This document shows, piece after piece, positions 36,946-50,400 of a stretch of DNA of 64,000 bases. The position numbers and the translations under genes were made by a program. Location of the stretch: contig NW_026515689.1 of assembly GCF_025526975.1 (NCBI RefSeq), forward strand, positions 434,001-498,000, given 5' to 3'. This stretch comes from Fimicolochytrium jonesii (taxonomy: Eukaryota). How positions within the stretch are numbered: position 1 is the first letter of the stretch; the number at the start of each line of letters is the position of its first letter. The notes under the pieces were generated by a model that had not been told where the DNA came from, made no database searches, and was given only the letters and a program-made list of their open reading frames with translations.

Positions 36946-38403
36946 TTACCCCGGCAACGCTTCCCGTATCAAGCCCTTCTGTTTCTCACTAAGATATGTC
37001 GGAAAAGTAATCACAAACTTGATCAACAGCTTCCCTCTTTGCTCGGGGGATTTGGATATGGGCATTCCCTCGTTTGATATCACTTTCACGTAATCCGGGC
37101 TGAAAGAAACATGGAATCAGCCGCTCATAATGCTTGAGTACTCCTCTCGGATCTTTGAACTTACTGGACGGTTTCATTCACGGGGACCTTCAACACTCGT
37201 CCATCCAAGGTCTTGACTTCCACAATCAATCCTACAAGCGCTTTCGATAATGGTATATGCACTGTGTAGATGAGATCGTCTCCTTCCCTCTTGAAGAACT
37301 CGTGTGGTGCCTCTTTCACGATGAAGGTCAGGTCGGAAGGGATTTTGTTAGGACCTTGGTCGCCTTCTCGGGGAAATGTGATGCGGGTGCCTGCCCGCCA
37401 GCCGCGGTGGACATCAAGCGTCAGAAGTTTGGTTGTGGGAGTTGTTGTGGTGTTATCCGAAGTCAACGTCTAGATTGAGCCGTCCATCAATTCAGGTCTG
37501 CGTGATATGGTTTCGGGGAAAATGGATTTCCAAATTGTACCTTCCGAGAAACCTTTAGCTTCTTCACCGTTCCCAAATACAACTCCTCCAACGTCAAAAC
37601 TAGATCATGCTCTATCGCAGGGTCCTGCGTCGGCCCATTCAGAGGGTTTCCACTGGCACCATCACTAGCGCCGTCCGGACGATTCATCCCATGAAGTCCA
37701 CCGAACTTTGGTCCAAAAGTTGGAGGAGCTCCAGCCTTCTGGTTGAGCGCGGGTGCAGATGTATGGACCGCAAAGAAGTCTGTAAAAGTGGCGTAAACGT
37801 CAGCTATTCCTCGGCTCCAGAGAACCATTTGACAGAGGCATACCGGAGAATGGATTTGTCCCGCCGAAAAACTTCGAGAAGGTCTCCTCTGGGTTGCCAT
37901 GGTAATTGTATCCTCCGGGAAATCCTTCAAATCCTACGAGGCTGTGAGTAATGCATCTACTGTTTCTCGGAATAAAGACAAACATACCATCCCGAGGAGC
38001 GACGCCGTTCCTTAGTCCATTTGGACCATATTGATCGTATATTGCCCGTCGTTTTGCTGGGGATCAGAGATGGTTATGTCTAGTTGCCAATATCTTGAAC
38101 GTGGGAAATCGCTTCGCAATCCGTATACCCACAATCGATCAAAACATCATAAGCCTCGCCAATCGCTAGGAACTGCTTGATTGCCTCTGGCGTGATGTTT
38201 TTCTCAGGGTGATACTAGCAGGCAATGGGCATGAACAGGTTAGAATGAAGTCATGTCATACTTGCGATTACGACGTCTATCAAGCAAACTACCTTCAAAG
38301 CATTGACCCTATATGCCTTCTTCACAGCTGCATCGTCAGCAGATCTGTTGATGCCGAGGACTTTGTAGTAGTCTCCTACGGAAGAAACCGCTGTCGCAGC
38401 CAT
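36946..38403 (-). CDS. DNAJB13: DnaJ subfamily B protein DNAJB13/RSP16 (radial-spoke HSP40), multi-exon
   Basis: J-domain DYYKVLG...[69 protein letters not shown]. The non-HPD J-domain fits DNAJB13. Confidence 0.85.
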
Positions 38404-38781
38404 GATCCCAGCTGCGGCTCGCTGCTTTGGACCTCGAGAAGTGTGTGTGGCGTGGCCGAAGATGAAACCCACCCTCAAAATACTTGGAAAAGCCCCGCTT
38501 GCCAATATTTTGAGGGCTTGATCGTCGGAGTTCGACATTGACAGAGTTCCGCGTGAATCATCCAAGTGCTTGCCGTCATTCTCTCGGCCACCATGGACTT
38601 TTGTATGGTTACCTGTTAAGTTTTAACCCAGTAATACGGATGGTTCAGGTAAATCGAGACTTTCCTTTCTCACGAGCAGAAGCAGACGGAGAATAGCAAC
38701 GAGCTGATTATTGCAAACGCTGCCTTATACTGCAAGGCGCAGGAGCTAGATAAGCGTTATGAGTGGCAGTGACGGTCGCAA

Positions 38782-41700
38782 ATGGAGCCAAACCACCGGT
38801 CGTCTCACACCATGTCGGCGGCGCAAACCGCACCTCCCTACCTTCAGCCTGACGGTGAACATCATCTAGTTCTCAAGTGAGAGCCAAATTGTCGTTCGCC
38901 ATCTTTAGTCTATGGTTAACTGACACATTGCATTTTCCAGCAAGTTCATTCTGTACGAAACCCGTACGGTATGTTGGGTGTTATGCCACCCTTCTTTTCC
39001 GAGACGGACACCAACCTTTTTCCCGTCCACAGCGGTTCTTCATAGTCGGTTCAAATCAGAGTGATGAGCGTTTCCGTGTGCTCAAAATTGACCGAACGGA
39101 TGGGAATGAACTGAACATCATCGACGATGAAGTTGTTTACACAAAGGTTGAAATCCAGGAGCTCTTGACCATGATCGAAACCGGAAATAAGAGTTCTGGC
39201 GGTCTGCATAAAGTTGCCTCTTTTTTTGGCATTGTCGGTGTGTGTTGGCATTGGTTTTTGGAATGTGACAACATCGAAGGTTGGGCTGATCGCGCTTCGT
39301 CTGCTTTCAGGTTTCATCCGTTTTTTGGAGGGATATTATATCATTCTCATCGTGAAGCGAAGTCCAGTGGCGCTTATTGGCGGACATTACATCTACCATA
39401 TTGATGATACCATGGCGGTCAGCGTGCCTGGTCCTGGAGCCAAGTTGGACAAGAAGGCAGATGAAGCAAGGTAAAGAGTGCCCGACGCTCCACGGCATTG
39501 CACGGCCTTGCCCTCAATGACGTACCCACAGATATGTTCAAGTCTTCGGCCATGTCGACCTCAGCAAGAACTTCTACTTCAGCTACACATACGACATTAC
39601 GCGGACCTTGCAATGGAATTTGAGCTCCGCCGATGGAAAGGAAAATTTTGAATATAACGATATGTTCGTGTGGAACAGCTACCTACTCCGACAGGGCATG
39701 GATTCCATGAAATCGGATTGGGTGTTACCTATAATCCACGGATTCGTGGATCAATCAAGTACGTCAAACATCTCCGCACATCTGCAAGGAACGTTGCAAC
39801 ATCTGACATTTCTTTTATGAAAAGAGATCTCTGTGTACGGGCGTAGCATATATGTAGCCCTCATTGCACGTCGGTCGCGCTACTTTGCCGGGGCGCGCTT
39901 TCTCAAACGGGGTGTCAACGATCAAGGATATGTTGCGAATGATGTTGAAACGGAGCAAATTGTTTCTGACGCTACGACCACTTCCTTTTACCATCCTCCT
40001 GGTCGCTACGGAACAAAACCCGGCTATACATCATTTGTGCAGCATCGTGGATCTATTCCACTTTTTTGGAGCCAGGAGACCGCAGGCATGGTGGCGAAGC
40101 CACCCATCGAACTCAATGTGATCGATCCGTACTTCTCGGCAGCGGCTCTTCACTTCGACAATATGTTCCTCCGGTACGGGGGACCAATTATCGTACTGAA
40201 CCTCGTGAAAAGCAAAGAGAAGAACCGCAGAGAGTCGATTCTTCTGGACGAGTTTACTGAAGCGGTCTCGTATCTGAATCAGTTTTTGCCACCTGACAAG
40301 AAGATCAAGTACATTGCGTGGGATATGGCCCGTGCATCCAAAAGCCATGACCAGGATGTGATAGGCGTGCTGGAGAATCTGGGAGAGGAAGTCCTGGAGA
40401 CGACGGGGTTCTTCCACAGCGGACCCGAACCGTACCAGAACGCGCTACATCGTGCTTTGCTCGAAGACCATCCGGACGACGTGGTCCGCATCATGGGCCG
40501 GAGACAGCACGGAGTCGTTCGGACGAATTGCATCGATTGCTTGGACCGTACGAATGCTGCTCAGTTCGTCATCGGCAAATGTGCGTTGGGCTATCAGCTC
40601 TACGCGTTAGGGGTGCTGGAACACCCGTCTGTACCCTTCGATACCGACGCTATCAACCTACTAAATGCCATGTATCATGACCATGGAGACACGATTGCGC
40701 TGCAATACGGAGGATCGCACCTGGTCAACACGATGGAGACGTACCGGAAGATCAGTCCTTGGACGAGCCACTCTCGAGACATGATTGAGAGTATCCGTCG
40801 ATACTACAGCAATTCATTCACAGATGCTGAGAAACAAGAGGCGATCAACTTGTTCTTGGGCCATTTTGTACCGCATATGAATGTTGCAGCTGCGCTCTGG
40901 GACTTGAGCTCGGATTACTACCTGCACCACGAAGAACCAAGGAAACGACGGGTCAAGCGAAGGTGAGCACAGGCTCGTGGACTTTTCAGCGGAATGTTGT
41001 GAATCTAAGCATAATGATCCCATAGTTACACTCATTGGTATACCGACGACGCTATGAAGCTGCAGCAAGAGCACTCCGCCGCTATGACCATTGCCCCTGT
41101 CCGCGGAAATGCGTTCTATGTGGACTACTACCGAATCAAACTGTATACATCCTTCAGCAAGCTTTTTGCGTTCAACATGATCAGTACGAGTACGAGGTGA
41201 GTGGAAGTTCGCATAGGACCTGGCGTTACGATGGTCAGATTCATGAACTCAGAAACGTCATTCAAGGCTGCCTACAAGGGATGATGTGCTGGATCATAGC
41301 CCATTCACAGTGCGCGTCAATCCGGCGCAATCGAATAGGTATCTCATGATATACAGGTAAAATCATGTCTCATGTACACCCTTAAGCACACTTCGTCAGA
41401 CTCACGTCGGCAATTCACGTAGCTTGAATATCGGCGGCGTTCGGCGCTGGCTCAAACTGACAAACAACCATAGTCACACAACGCGGCAGGATGCTGCATC
41501 CGAAAAAGCCCGTAACAAAGAAAACATTGGGAATGCAGAAGGTGGGAAGTCAAGCAAAACCGGTGTCATCAAAGAGTCTTCGGCGCCCTGGTGGACCACG
41601 AGTGCGCTGGCTACGCGGCTTGTGGATCCTCAAGTTCCGACTTCTGAGTTGAAGGAGTATAAACGGTGAGAAACATCGAATCGAGGTCGAACGAGGGATA

Positions 41701-42209
41701 CGGTTCTAACGTTTGCTTTGGATAGGTATGTTCACCAGTTCAAGGCCGCGTCGGCACTGCTCACCCCTACAGTGGACCTTGCCCCGCACACACAAGCCTC
41801 GCACGCCGACTACCCCATATTTGAGGAATACGTCAGTCGCACAACCCCACGAGGAGGCACATCGAAATCGCGGAGTCATTTTGCAGGATCGAGCGGGCCG
41901 CTATCGCTGAATGTGGACTCCAGGGATGAGGCTCTGTATGTGCATTATGTGGACAACTCGTCACGGACGGCGAATTATGTAGGGCCAGGGGTTGCGAGGA
42001 GCGACGTGCCCAAGCAGACGGTGCGTAGTTAATAGTTTCAAGTGAGTGCGGTCATTGACAGATTCTGATGCCCTTCTTCCCTCCTTCAGGCATATGCAAA
42101 GTGGTTGTCTACTGGCAAATTCGTCTCATCGCGGCCTAAAGTGGGTGAACGGGATCGCGAGAGAGAAAGGGAACGGGAAAGAAGCCGGGTAACAACCGCC
42201 GCTCTATGA
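38782..42209 (+). CDS. FIG4: Polyphosphoinositide 5-phosphatase, SAC domain, multi-exon
   Basis: [63 protein letters not shown], catalytic [12 protein letters not shown] (CX5R), [12 protein letters not shown]. Confidence 0.96.
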
Positions 42210-42627
42210 CTCCATCGCCTTTTGTATATATCACGGTGTTTTCTCTTGCATAGTAGGCTGTAGAGCTCTGTTTCTTCGCGTGTCGAGTATCCCTTGTACA
42301 TGCTTTTTCCTGGTGTATCCCACTTTCTGTCCATAGTTTCCTTCGCGGTCGAATGTTTGTTGTCGGCTATGGTTCTCACCCAATAATCTGCTGCCATCCC
42401 ACAATCGACCCTGCCGTTGCGCCCGTCCCCAAGAATTATCCAAAGAACGTTGAAGCACAGGAAATTGATTGGTAAAAATTGTATACATGACAAGTGGTGA
42501 AATCGGCCCAACCATCCGCCTTCTCCAAATGAGTAGACCGACCTCCGCTTCCCGAGTGTTGACGATCTGTAAATCCCGCCAACAAACTCTCTCGGCGAAT
42601 ATCGTAATCCCCCGGGGTTCAAAATGT

Positions 42628-43258
<631 letters not shown>

Positions 43259-43615
43259 CTAGTCTCTTCCCAAACGGCGATTCCACCCCCTGTGTCTCTT
43301 CCAGAGTCGTTCCCATCCATGCTGGATTCCCATGTTCGCACCCACAACTCCCAGTTATCATGTCGACGTTCGGTTTCTCGTTCGGGCCAACTGCACTCTC
43401 TGTGTGGCTACTGCAACACTCCTCGCCCTCGGTCGATTCCGTGCCAAATGGGAGGCCTCTCATGTCGACATGTCCACCATCACTGTTCCCACAGGCAGCA
43501 ATTCTCCCTTCCTGCGACATTTCGTGCCTGCTGACCCATCTTCCAACTTAGCCCCCTCCTCTCTCGTCGTCCAGCCCCGCAGTCCTCGCTACCTTCGCAG
43601 GTTCGTTGTGCTGTG

Positions 43616-43637
43616 TGGATGGATGGATGGATGGATG
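43616..43637. repeat. (GGAT)n microsatellite, about 5 units
   Basis: tggatggatggatggatggatg in the RPL40/MET30 intergenic region. Confidence 0.8.
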
Positions 43638-44408
43638 CCTACCTGATGCCACTCCTCGTTAATTAGACGTGTGAAAGAATCAAATCTCGAGCGACGCTTG
43701 GGACGGATGTGTGGGCACGCCGACTCCCGAACCCTAACCACGATGATTACATAATCAACCAACGCGTTCGGCGCCTTCGAGTCTTCATATATCGTCCATA
43801 CTGTACATACATACATAGGACATGGAGACCTGATGGAGACTCGAAAACAAGAGTCTCCCGGATTATATACTAACCACCACTCATACTGTAGGAATGCACT
43901 CTCCAATATGTCCCATGCATGTACGCCTTTCGAGACTCATCATGCAAGCCATTTCCACAGGGATAAAGCACGTCTTTCGACTGGCACCCCGCGCAATACG
44001 ATGCAAGGGTTCCCGGGTTCTTATATGCTCAACTCTCCATGCTCATTTGCTGTTTGGTCAAATGTCAAATGTATTACATTGAGCATTTCTAAGCCGTTTC
44101 TTATCCGGCTCCTAAAGTTGCGCGATGACAAGCGAGTCGGACGCGCCCGACTAATCTCAAAGCCCTGCTGACCTGAGCGCAATTTGACGATCGTGGGAGG
44201 GGCCGGTGATCACGTCATGCTTCTCACTAGCGCCACTAGTACGCGCCATAAATGATCTCGCACAAGTGATCGACCCCACCTCTGCTGTCCCGCTTCGGGT
44301 CCTGTCTTCAAAGGTGCATGAAGACAAAAGGTGGCCGGCATCCCCCATTTCCTCTCGAAAGCAAAATATCCAAACTATACCAACGACCTACGTCGTATCA
44401 CTGCAAAG

Positions 44409-46268
44409 ATGAGCACAGAGGTCGTCAAACCACATTTCTGCTACAGGTACAGTTCGTGGCGCTTTTCCCTTCCGGCTCGAATTACCGAGCATTAACAATT
44501 ATTCCTTAGGCACCGGCCAAACTCGAACAAGTGCGATGTGATGCACGAAAATGTCCGCAAGGTTGGTTGCCTTTCAGGTGATATTTCAGTGGGAAGGAGA
44601 TCTCATCTTACTCGCCATTTCCTGCAGCGGTTGGAAGCGTTGTCCATCGGCGACAGAGATCTTGTGACCCGAATATGGGACCAATTTACTGCGGCGCCAC
44701 GTATACTGCGGCCCCTCATCCTTGACGGGTTGATGGACCATTGCTGTCTTCCCCAACTGTCGCACATATCATCGGCTCTCGGGCCGCTTTTGCGCGTAGA
44801 CATCATTGCTAGCCTGCCGGCAGAGCTGTCTATCAGAATCTTGCAATATTTGGATGCGAAAGCGTTATGCCATGCCGCTCAGGTCTCGCATTCATGGCGG
44901 AAACTGGCGGACGACGACATAATATGGCATCGCATGTGTGAGCAGCATATCGACAAAAAGTGCAAGAAATGCGGTTGGGGATTACCGCTGATGGACAAGA
45001 AGAGGAAAGCTGCACCCATCAAAGATACGGCGCACGATGAGGCCTCGGACAGTGTTCCGGACACCAAAAGGAGGAAGATTGATGCGTGCACAAAGATTGA
45101 GGACGAGTCATGTATGTTCCTGTTTTTGTTTGAGCCCAACTTCATCGCAGGTACTTACCTCAATCCTTCTCGACATACAGCCTCGACGGGACTTCTCCCA
45201 GCGTTGATTCCACTATCCCCGCCACCAGCTGCAAAGCGGAAGCGGCCATGGAAGGAGATATACGCTGAACGGCTCGTTGTCGAGCGGAATTGGCGAGGTG
45301 GCAATTACGCATTCACCGAGCTGACTGGGCACACGGACAGCGTCATGTGCATGTACTACGATGAGGCCCGTTCGCTACTTGTGACGGGCTCCTACGATTA
45401 CAGCATCCGTGTGTGGAACGTTGATACGATGGAGTGCATCAAAATACTCTCGGGTCACACCCGGTGTGTGCGCGGCATCCAGATGGATGACACCAAGATA
45501 GTTTCAGGCTCCATGGACCGCACCATCCGCATATGGAACATGCAGACTTTCGAGTGTGTCCGAGTCTTGGAGGGACATGCTGCCGGCGTCGTTTGCTTGA
45601 ATTTCAACGGCAAACTGCTAGCTACGGGGTCCACCGATGGCACGATCCGCGTCTGGGATCTGTCGGCAGCCTGCTGCTTCCAGCTGACTGGCCATACCGA
45701 CTGGGTCAACAAGGTCCAAATTTTGGACAAACAAAATTTGTTCTCGTGTTCAGACGACCTGACCGTCAAGCATTGGAATCTTGAGACGCGGCAGGAGGTT
45801 CGCACGTTCAGTGGCCACGTCGGTCAGATTTCGAGCATCCAAACCCTCATGCCGCACTCCACCCTTCGTATCAACGGCATCACCATCCCCGGCGGGATCC
45901 TTGTCTCCGCTTCTCTCGACAATACGATCAAAATCTGGTGTCTCACCACTGGAAAAGAAATCAAGACCCTGTTTGGTCACGTCGAGGGGGTTTGGTGCGT
46001 TGACGTCGACTCCCTGCGGATTGTCAGCGGTGGGCAGGATAAGAAGATCATTGTGTGGGACATAGAGCGTGGCAAGGCGATGCTGGAGTTGGAGGGAAAC
46101 CGGGGGGCGGTCAACTGCTGTTGCATGACGGACACGAAGATCATTTCGGGTGGAGAGGATGGCTCGATACGGGTGTGGGACTTTTTGCCCGTGTCGCCGT
46201 TCTTGGGGATGCCAATGCTTCCTAGCGGGGCGCTACCCGCGCCAGTAACCGCATCGTCGTCGAGTTAG
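44409..46268 (+). CDS. MET30: F-box/WD40 SCF subunit Met30/SconB/Pof1, multi-exon
   Basis: Exon 1-2 junction gives FCYRHRP; CCLPQLSHIS; F-box LPAELSIRILQYLDA...WHRMCEQHIDKKCKKCGWGLP; RPWKEIYAER; GH...WD repeats. Confidence 0.93.
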
Positions 46269-46527
46269 CTATCGTTGGAGGCGGCGACCTAGTAGTTTCC
46301 TTCCGGAAATAGTCGAATTTGGCTGCGTCAACATTGTTTTGGCCCTCCGGTTCTTTGAACCGTAATTTCATGATAAACTAGGCAGATTTTGTATGTGCTC
46401 TATTTGATGAATATCGTCGCGAAATTGGCAATAGCAGCAACCCCATCAATAATGAAGACACCTCACTTCATCACATGAACATTATTTTGAGAGTCCATAT
46501 CGATACGTTTCAGTCTATGATACAATG

Positions 46528-47212
46528 CTAACCCTGAATGAGTGCGGGGCCAAAAGCCAAAAATGGAAGAGAACCTTCGTTGACAAACACCTCTAAGCTG
46601 ATGCGTGCAGGGGAATTAGCTGATTGCCGCGGCGTCAATCCTAAACCGTCCGGCCCTTCTTGCATCTCCGCCGACGTCGATCCACTCCCAGAGGGTCCGT
46701 TGTTATGGCTGCACTCTTCCACGTGCTCATGATGGTGGTACGAGTTGGCCTTCCCTTTCCGTTTCGGATGCCTTCTCACGGACTTTGGCTCCCTCTCATA
46801 TGCGTTTGGTTTACTCGGATCGTCTGCTTCTGACCCGGAGGATAATTCAGAGTCCGAAGATGTGTTGTCTGGGTTGTGAGGCTTGGGGAATATGCAGCAT
46901 ACTTTATGCAACGTGTGGGAAGTATAGTATATCGGTTGCATTGGGGAGAGTCCAAAGATTCAGGTCCTTGTGGAAGACAAGCATACCTTTACTGCTCTTC
47001 TTCCCTAGCCCCTCATTATCCACCATGTCGTCGTCCCATTGCACTTTTCTGTCGGTCAAGTTCCCTCTGCGCAAGTGTAACGTCCCTGCTGGGATGACAC
47101 TGCAGGCGGAGATGCCAGTTCCGCATGCTCGACTGTCTGCGTCTGCGAGCCACTCGAAGGTTGTCGTTGCTGTTGCGAGACTTGTCGCGGCTCCAAGTCC
47201 GGCCTCTCGCAT
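46528..47212 (-). CDS. YPI1: Protein phosphatase 1 regulator Ypi1/inhibitor-3 (PPP1R11); 5' end uncertain
   Basis: GTLHLR...RKVQW (RVxF/W motif), VDNEGLGKKSSK spliced to VCCIF, and PNAYER. Confidence 0.88.
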
Positions 47213-47489
47213 GTGTCATTCTTCGGCAGAAGTGTCACTGCTTGAAGGTGTCAGTCTCATAGGCATTGATGGTTAGCGTAACTTTAAATGGTCTTAAGTT
47301 CCGTTGGGCATTACCTCCTCCTTGAACTAGATTCTTTGCCGACACAGGTGTCAGTTGCGACGCTGCAATACATTTTGGCATGCCCTCCCATCTCTGGTTC
47401 TCGTCGAAACAGAATCACTGAACTCTTTTAGTGAGTCGCGAAGCAAACTCTAGATCTAGATCCATGCTCCTCTCGCAAACCTCGGAACA

Positions 47490-50400
47490 ATGGAGCCATA
47501 CGCGGAGCATGAGTTTCCGAGTTTGGGCTCATCAGCAAACATCACCAAGAAGCTATCCGGAAGCTCAATGGACTGCATGGCGGGCTTCAAAACGACGGGG
47601 AACCCCGCCACGGCGGTGAAACCAGGCCTCAGCTATGCAGCCGTCGCCAGGACGAGGAGGTCGTCAGAACCATTACAACCCTTCGAAGAGAGGCAGAGAG
47701 AGACCGGAATGTCATTGCCCACGTTGTCCTCGATAAAGGATGCACTTCCCAAAAGCACTCCTGGCAGCGATTACTCCTTTCCGGGATCGATGGAGGACTC
47801 GGCGCATGCTTCGATTCCGACCATACCTGAGTTGGACGCTGATATTAGGGATGAAGGATCGACGCATGGCACAACATTACGCCCACTATCAAAAACTTCG
47901 TCGGAAGGGGAGAACGAATTCAGCAACAATCATCAGGACGACGGCGAAGGCCTCAATGCGGACGGCGGTGCTCCTGCTGCATTGACCGGACGCCCTCTTA
48001 GTGCTGTCAACGAGTCAACGCACGAAACTCCGATTAATGACGCCGCTCTTGACGGTCATGTGATCATAGCCGAGTTATTGAATGCCCAAACCGATCCCCG
48101 CGTTGCCCAGCAATCGTCCCACCATCGCGATCAGCAAGATGCACTCCAAGTGGGTTATCAAGAGCTTAGGCCTGTGGAGACTGAGGAAGGGGAGTCTGCT
48201 ATTCGCGGAGAGCTAGAACTTGTGACGGAGGAGCTGGGAACAGTCGGCGGTGCCGCTGCTACAGTGAGAGCAGAGCCCAGCGAAAGCCCGCATCTTGATG
48301 ATCAGACACCTACGCGTGAGCCGTTAGAAGCGACCGAAGCGCAGCCTGCACCTACTATCCTGCCAGAGACCGCCGCCAAACCGGATATTGGTCTCAGGGA
48401 AACGCCGGACGAGAGTCAGGATCCGACCCCGCGGCCGACTGGAGCCACGAACACTGCGGCGGAAGACTATAGCGTATGTGAGGAACCCGCTGCCAGTGTG
48501 AATGAAGGTGCCAGCGAGTTTGCGAATCTTGCTGAGCCGGGCAAATCGCAAGTTGAGGAACAGGGTGAGGAACAGCCAATCGATAACAACACTACGAAAA
48601 ACTTCAGAATATCCGGGGAAGGCGCTGGTAGAGTGAGCACCGGCCTCAACGAAACCTCTCGTCTTGCTGATCAGGAGCATCCGCCTGCACCGAATAACGT
48701 GATCGAACCGGAGTCTCCCATCACTGCGTTGCCCACCAATGTCACCGAAGACTCTTTTTCATCAGCAAATTTTGCTGGCAGAGCCGCTGATGACCTCGAC
48801 AAACAAACCGAAAATGGCACGGCCCATACAGCCCAGGCGCCTGGGCCGGCGAAGGGTACATGCCTACGGGTGTTGACCGCTCACATTGCTCTAACGGACG
48901 ATGAGCTTCAGCTGGACGTCGGGGATGTAGTGGACCTTGATCTTCAACCTGCGTCAAGTGACGAATATTGGTGGTTTGGCACAAACCGATCCTGGGGCGA
49001 GAATAACGGGCGGCAGGGGTTCTTTCCTGCGTCGTGTGTGGAGGTTGAAAAGTGGGAACCACCACCTGTGGTCGAGACAGCGATGGAGGAGATACAAAGC
49101 CCGGTCGAAGACGATACATATTCTTTGAGCATTGAAGAGCCAGCACCGCCAGAGAGGTCACCAATGATCGAAGAATCGTGGGAACCACCTCTGAATGTTC
49201 ATCGGGGAGCACAGGTCATTGCGAGAAGCACTTTCTCGAAGACAAAAGCAGATGAGCTGGATCTGAGTGTCGGAGATATTATCGTGATCGTCGATGCCCC
49301 GGAAGGCGGATGGTGGAAAGGGATGAAGAATCTTGGGAGCAAACATGCGGAAAGTGGCTGGTTCCCGTCGACACTCGTAGCCTCTTACGTTGAGCCTGTG
49401 GACCAGTTAGAGAGTTTGCAGGTGCCTTCAACCGAACTGGAGGCATGTACCGAGGTAGAAGGTGGGGATCAATCTAAAAGGAAGTCTTGGTACAGTCTCA
49501 AGAGACTTTCAACAAAAAAGCCACAAACCGCTGGTACCTCAACGCCACCTTCCACAAATTCGGCCAAAAAGAAGAACCGACTGCGGTCCCAGTCAGCGCC
49601 CTCACCAGTTGTGGCGACAGATATAACAGAAGACAGTTCTGGTCCAATGGATATTGGCATGACACTTGCCGCGGTTGAAGAAGCTTCAGTCGATACGAGC
49701 CTCGCGTCAAGCAGTAACAGCTTGCCGCGAAACAGTAACAGCCTGCCGCGAAACAGCAAAACGCTTCCTGGCGCGGGGAACGTGCCCGACGAATCCAACC
49801 TTTCATTGAACTCTTCGTCACCGAACAAGCGATTGTCATTTCTATTACCGAAAGGCGCGTCTAATCGGTTGAGCATGTTCCAGGCATCCTCTCGTGCCTT
49901 GAGTGACAGCGATCGATTCTCGGCTACTGCGGCATCTCACACGTCATTCAATGTGGAGGACCTTCCGGCGTCCAAAATGGACGTATGGCAAACCTTAGTT
50001 GGCGATGCTGCTGTCCTAAAAATGAGCCAAAAAGAACAGAAGCGGATTGCGGCGGTATACGAGCTCATGAATACTGAGCGGGACTATGTTCGGGACCTTC
50101 ATATCATAATTTCCTTCTTCAAGAGGCCACTTGTTGAACGGAAAATAATACCCTCGAAGACCGTCGATGTTATATTCGCTAATGTCGAGCAGCTTCTTCC
50201 GGTTAGCCAGGAATTGCTGACTGCGTTGGAAGATCTATGCGCCGTCAAACCGACAGTCGACGAAATTGGGGGGATCTTTCTTCAGATCATGGACCGTTTG
50301 ACTACGTACACGGTTTATTGCCGGGAGCAGAAAACGTCGGTAGCGAAGCATCAAAGTCTGATGCAGTCAAAAGGGCCATACCGCTCCTATCTAGAGGACA

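Noticed and set aside
38404..38781. RFX X-box upstream of DNAJB13 (also sought upstream of DNAI4)
   Set aside because: Only half-sites such as GTTACC and ATAGCAAC; no full palindrome.
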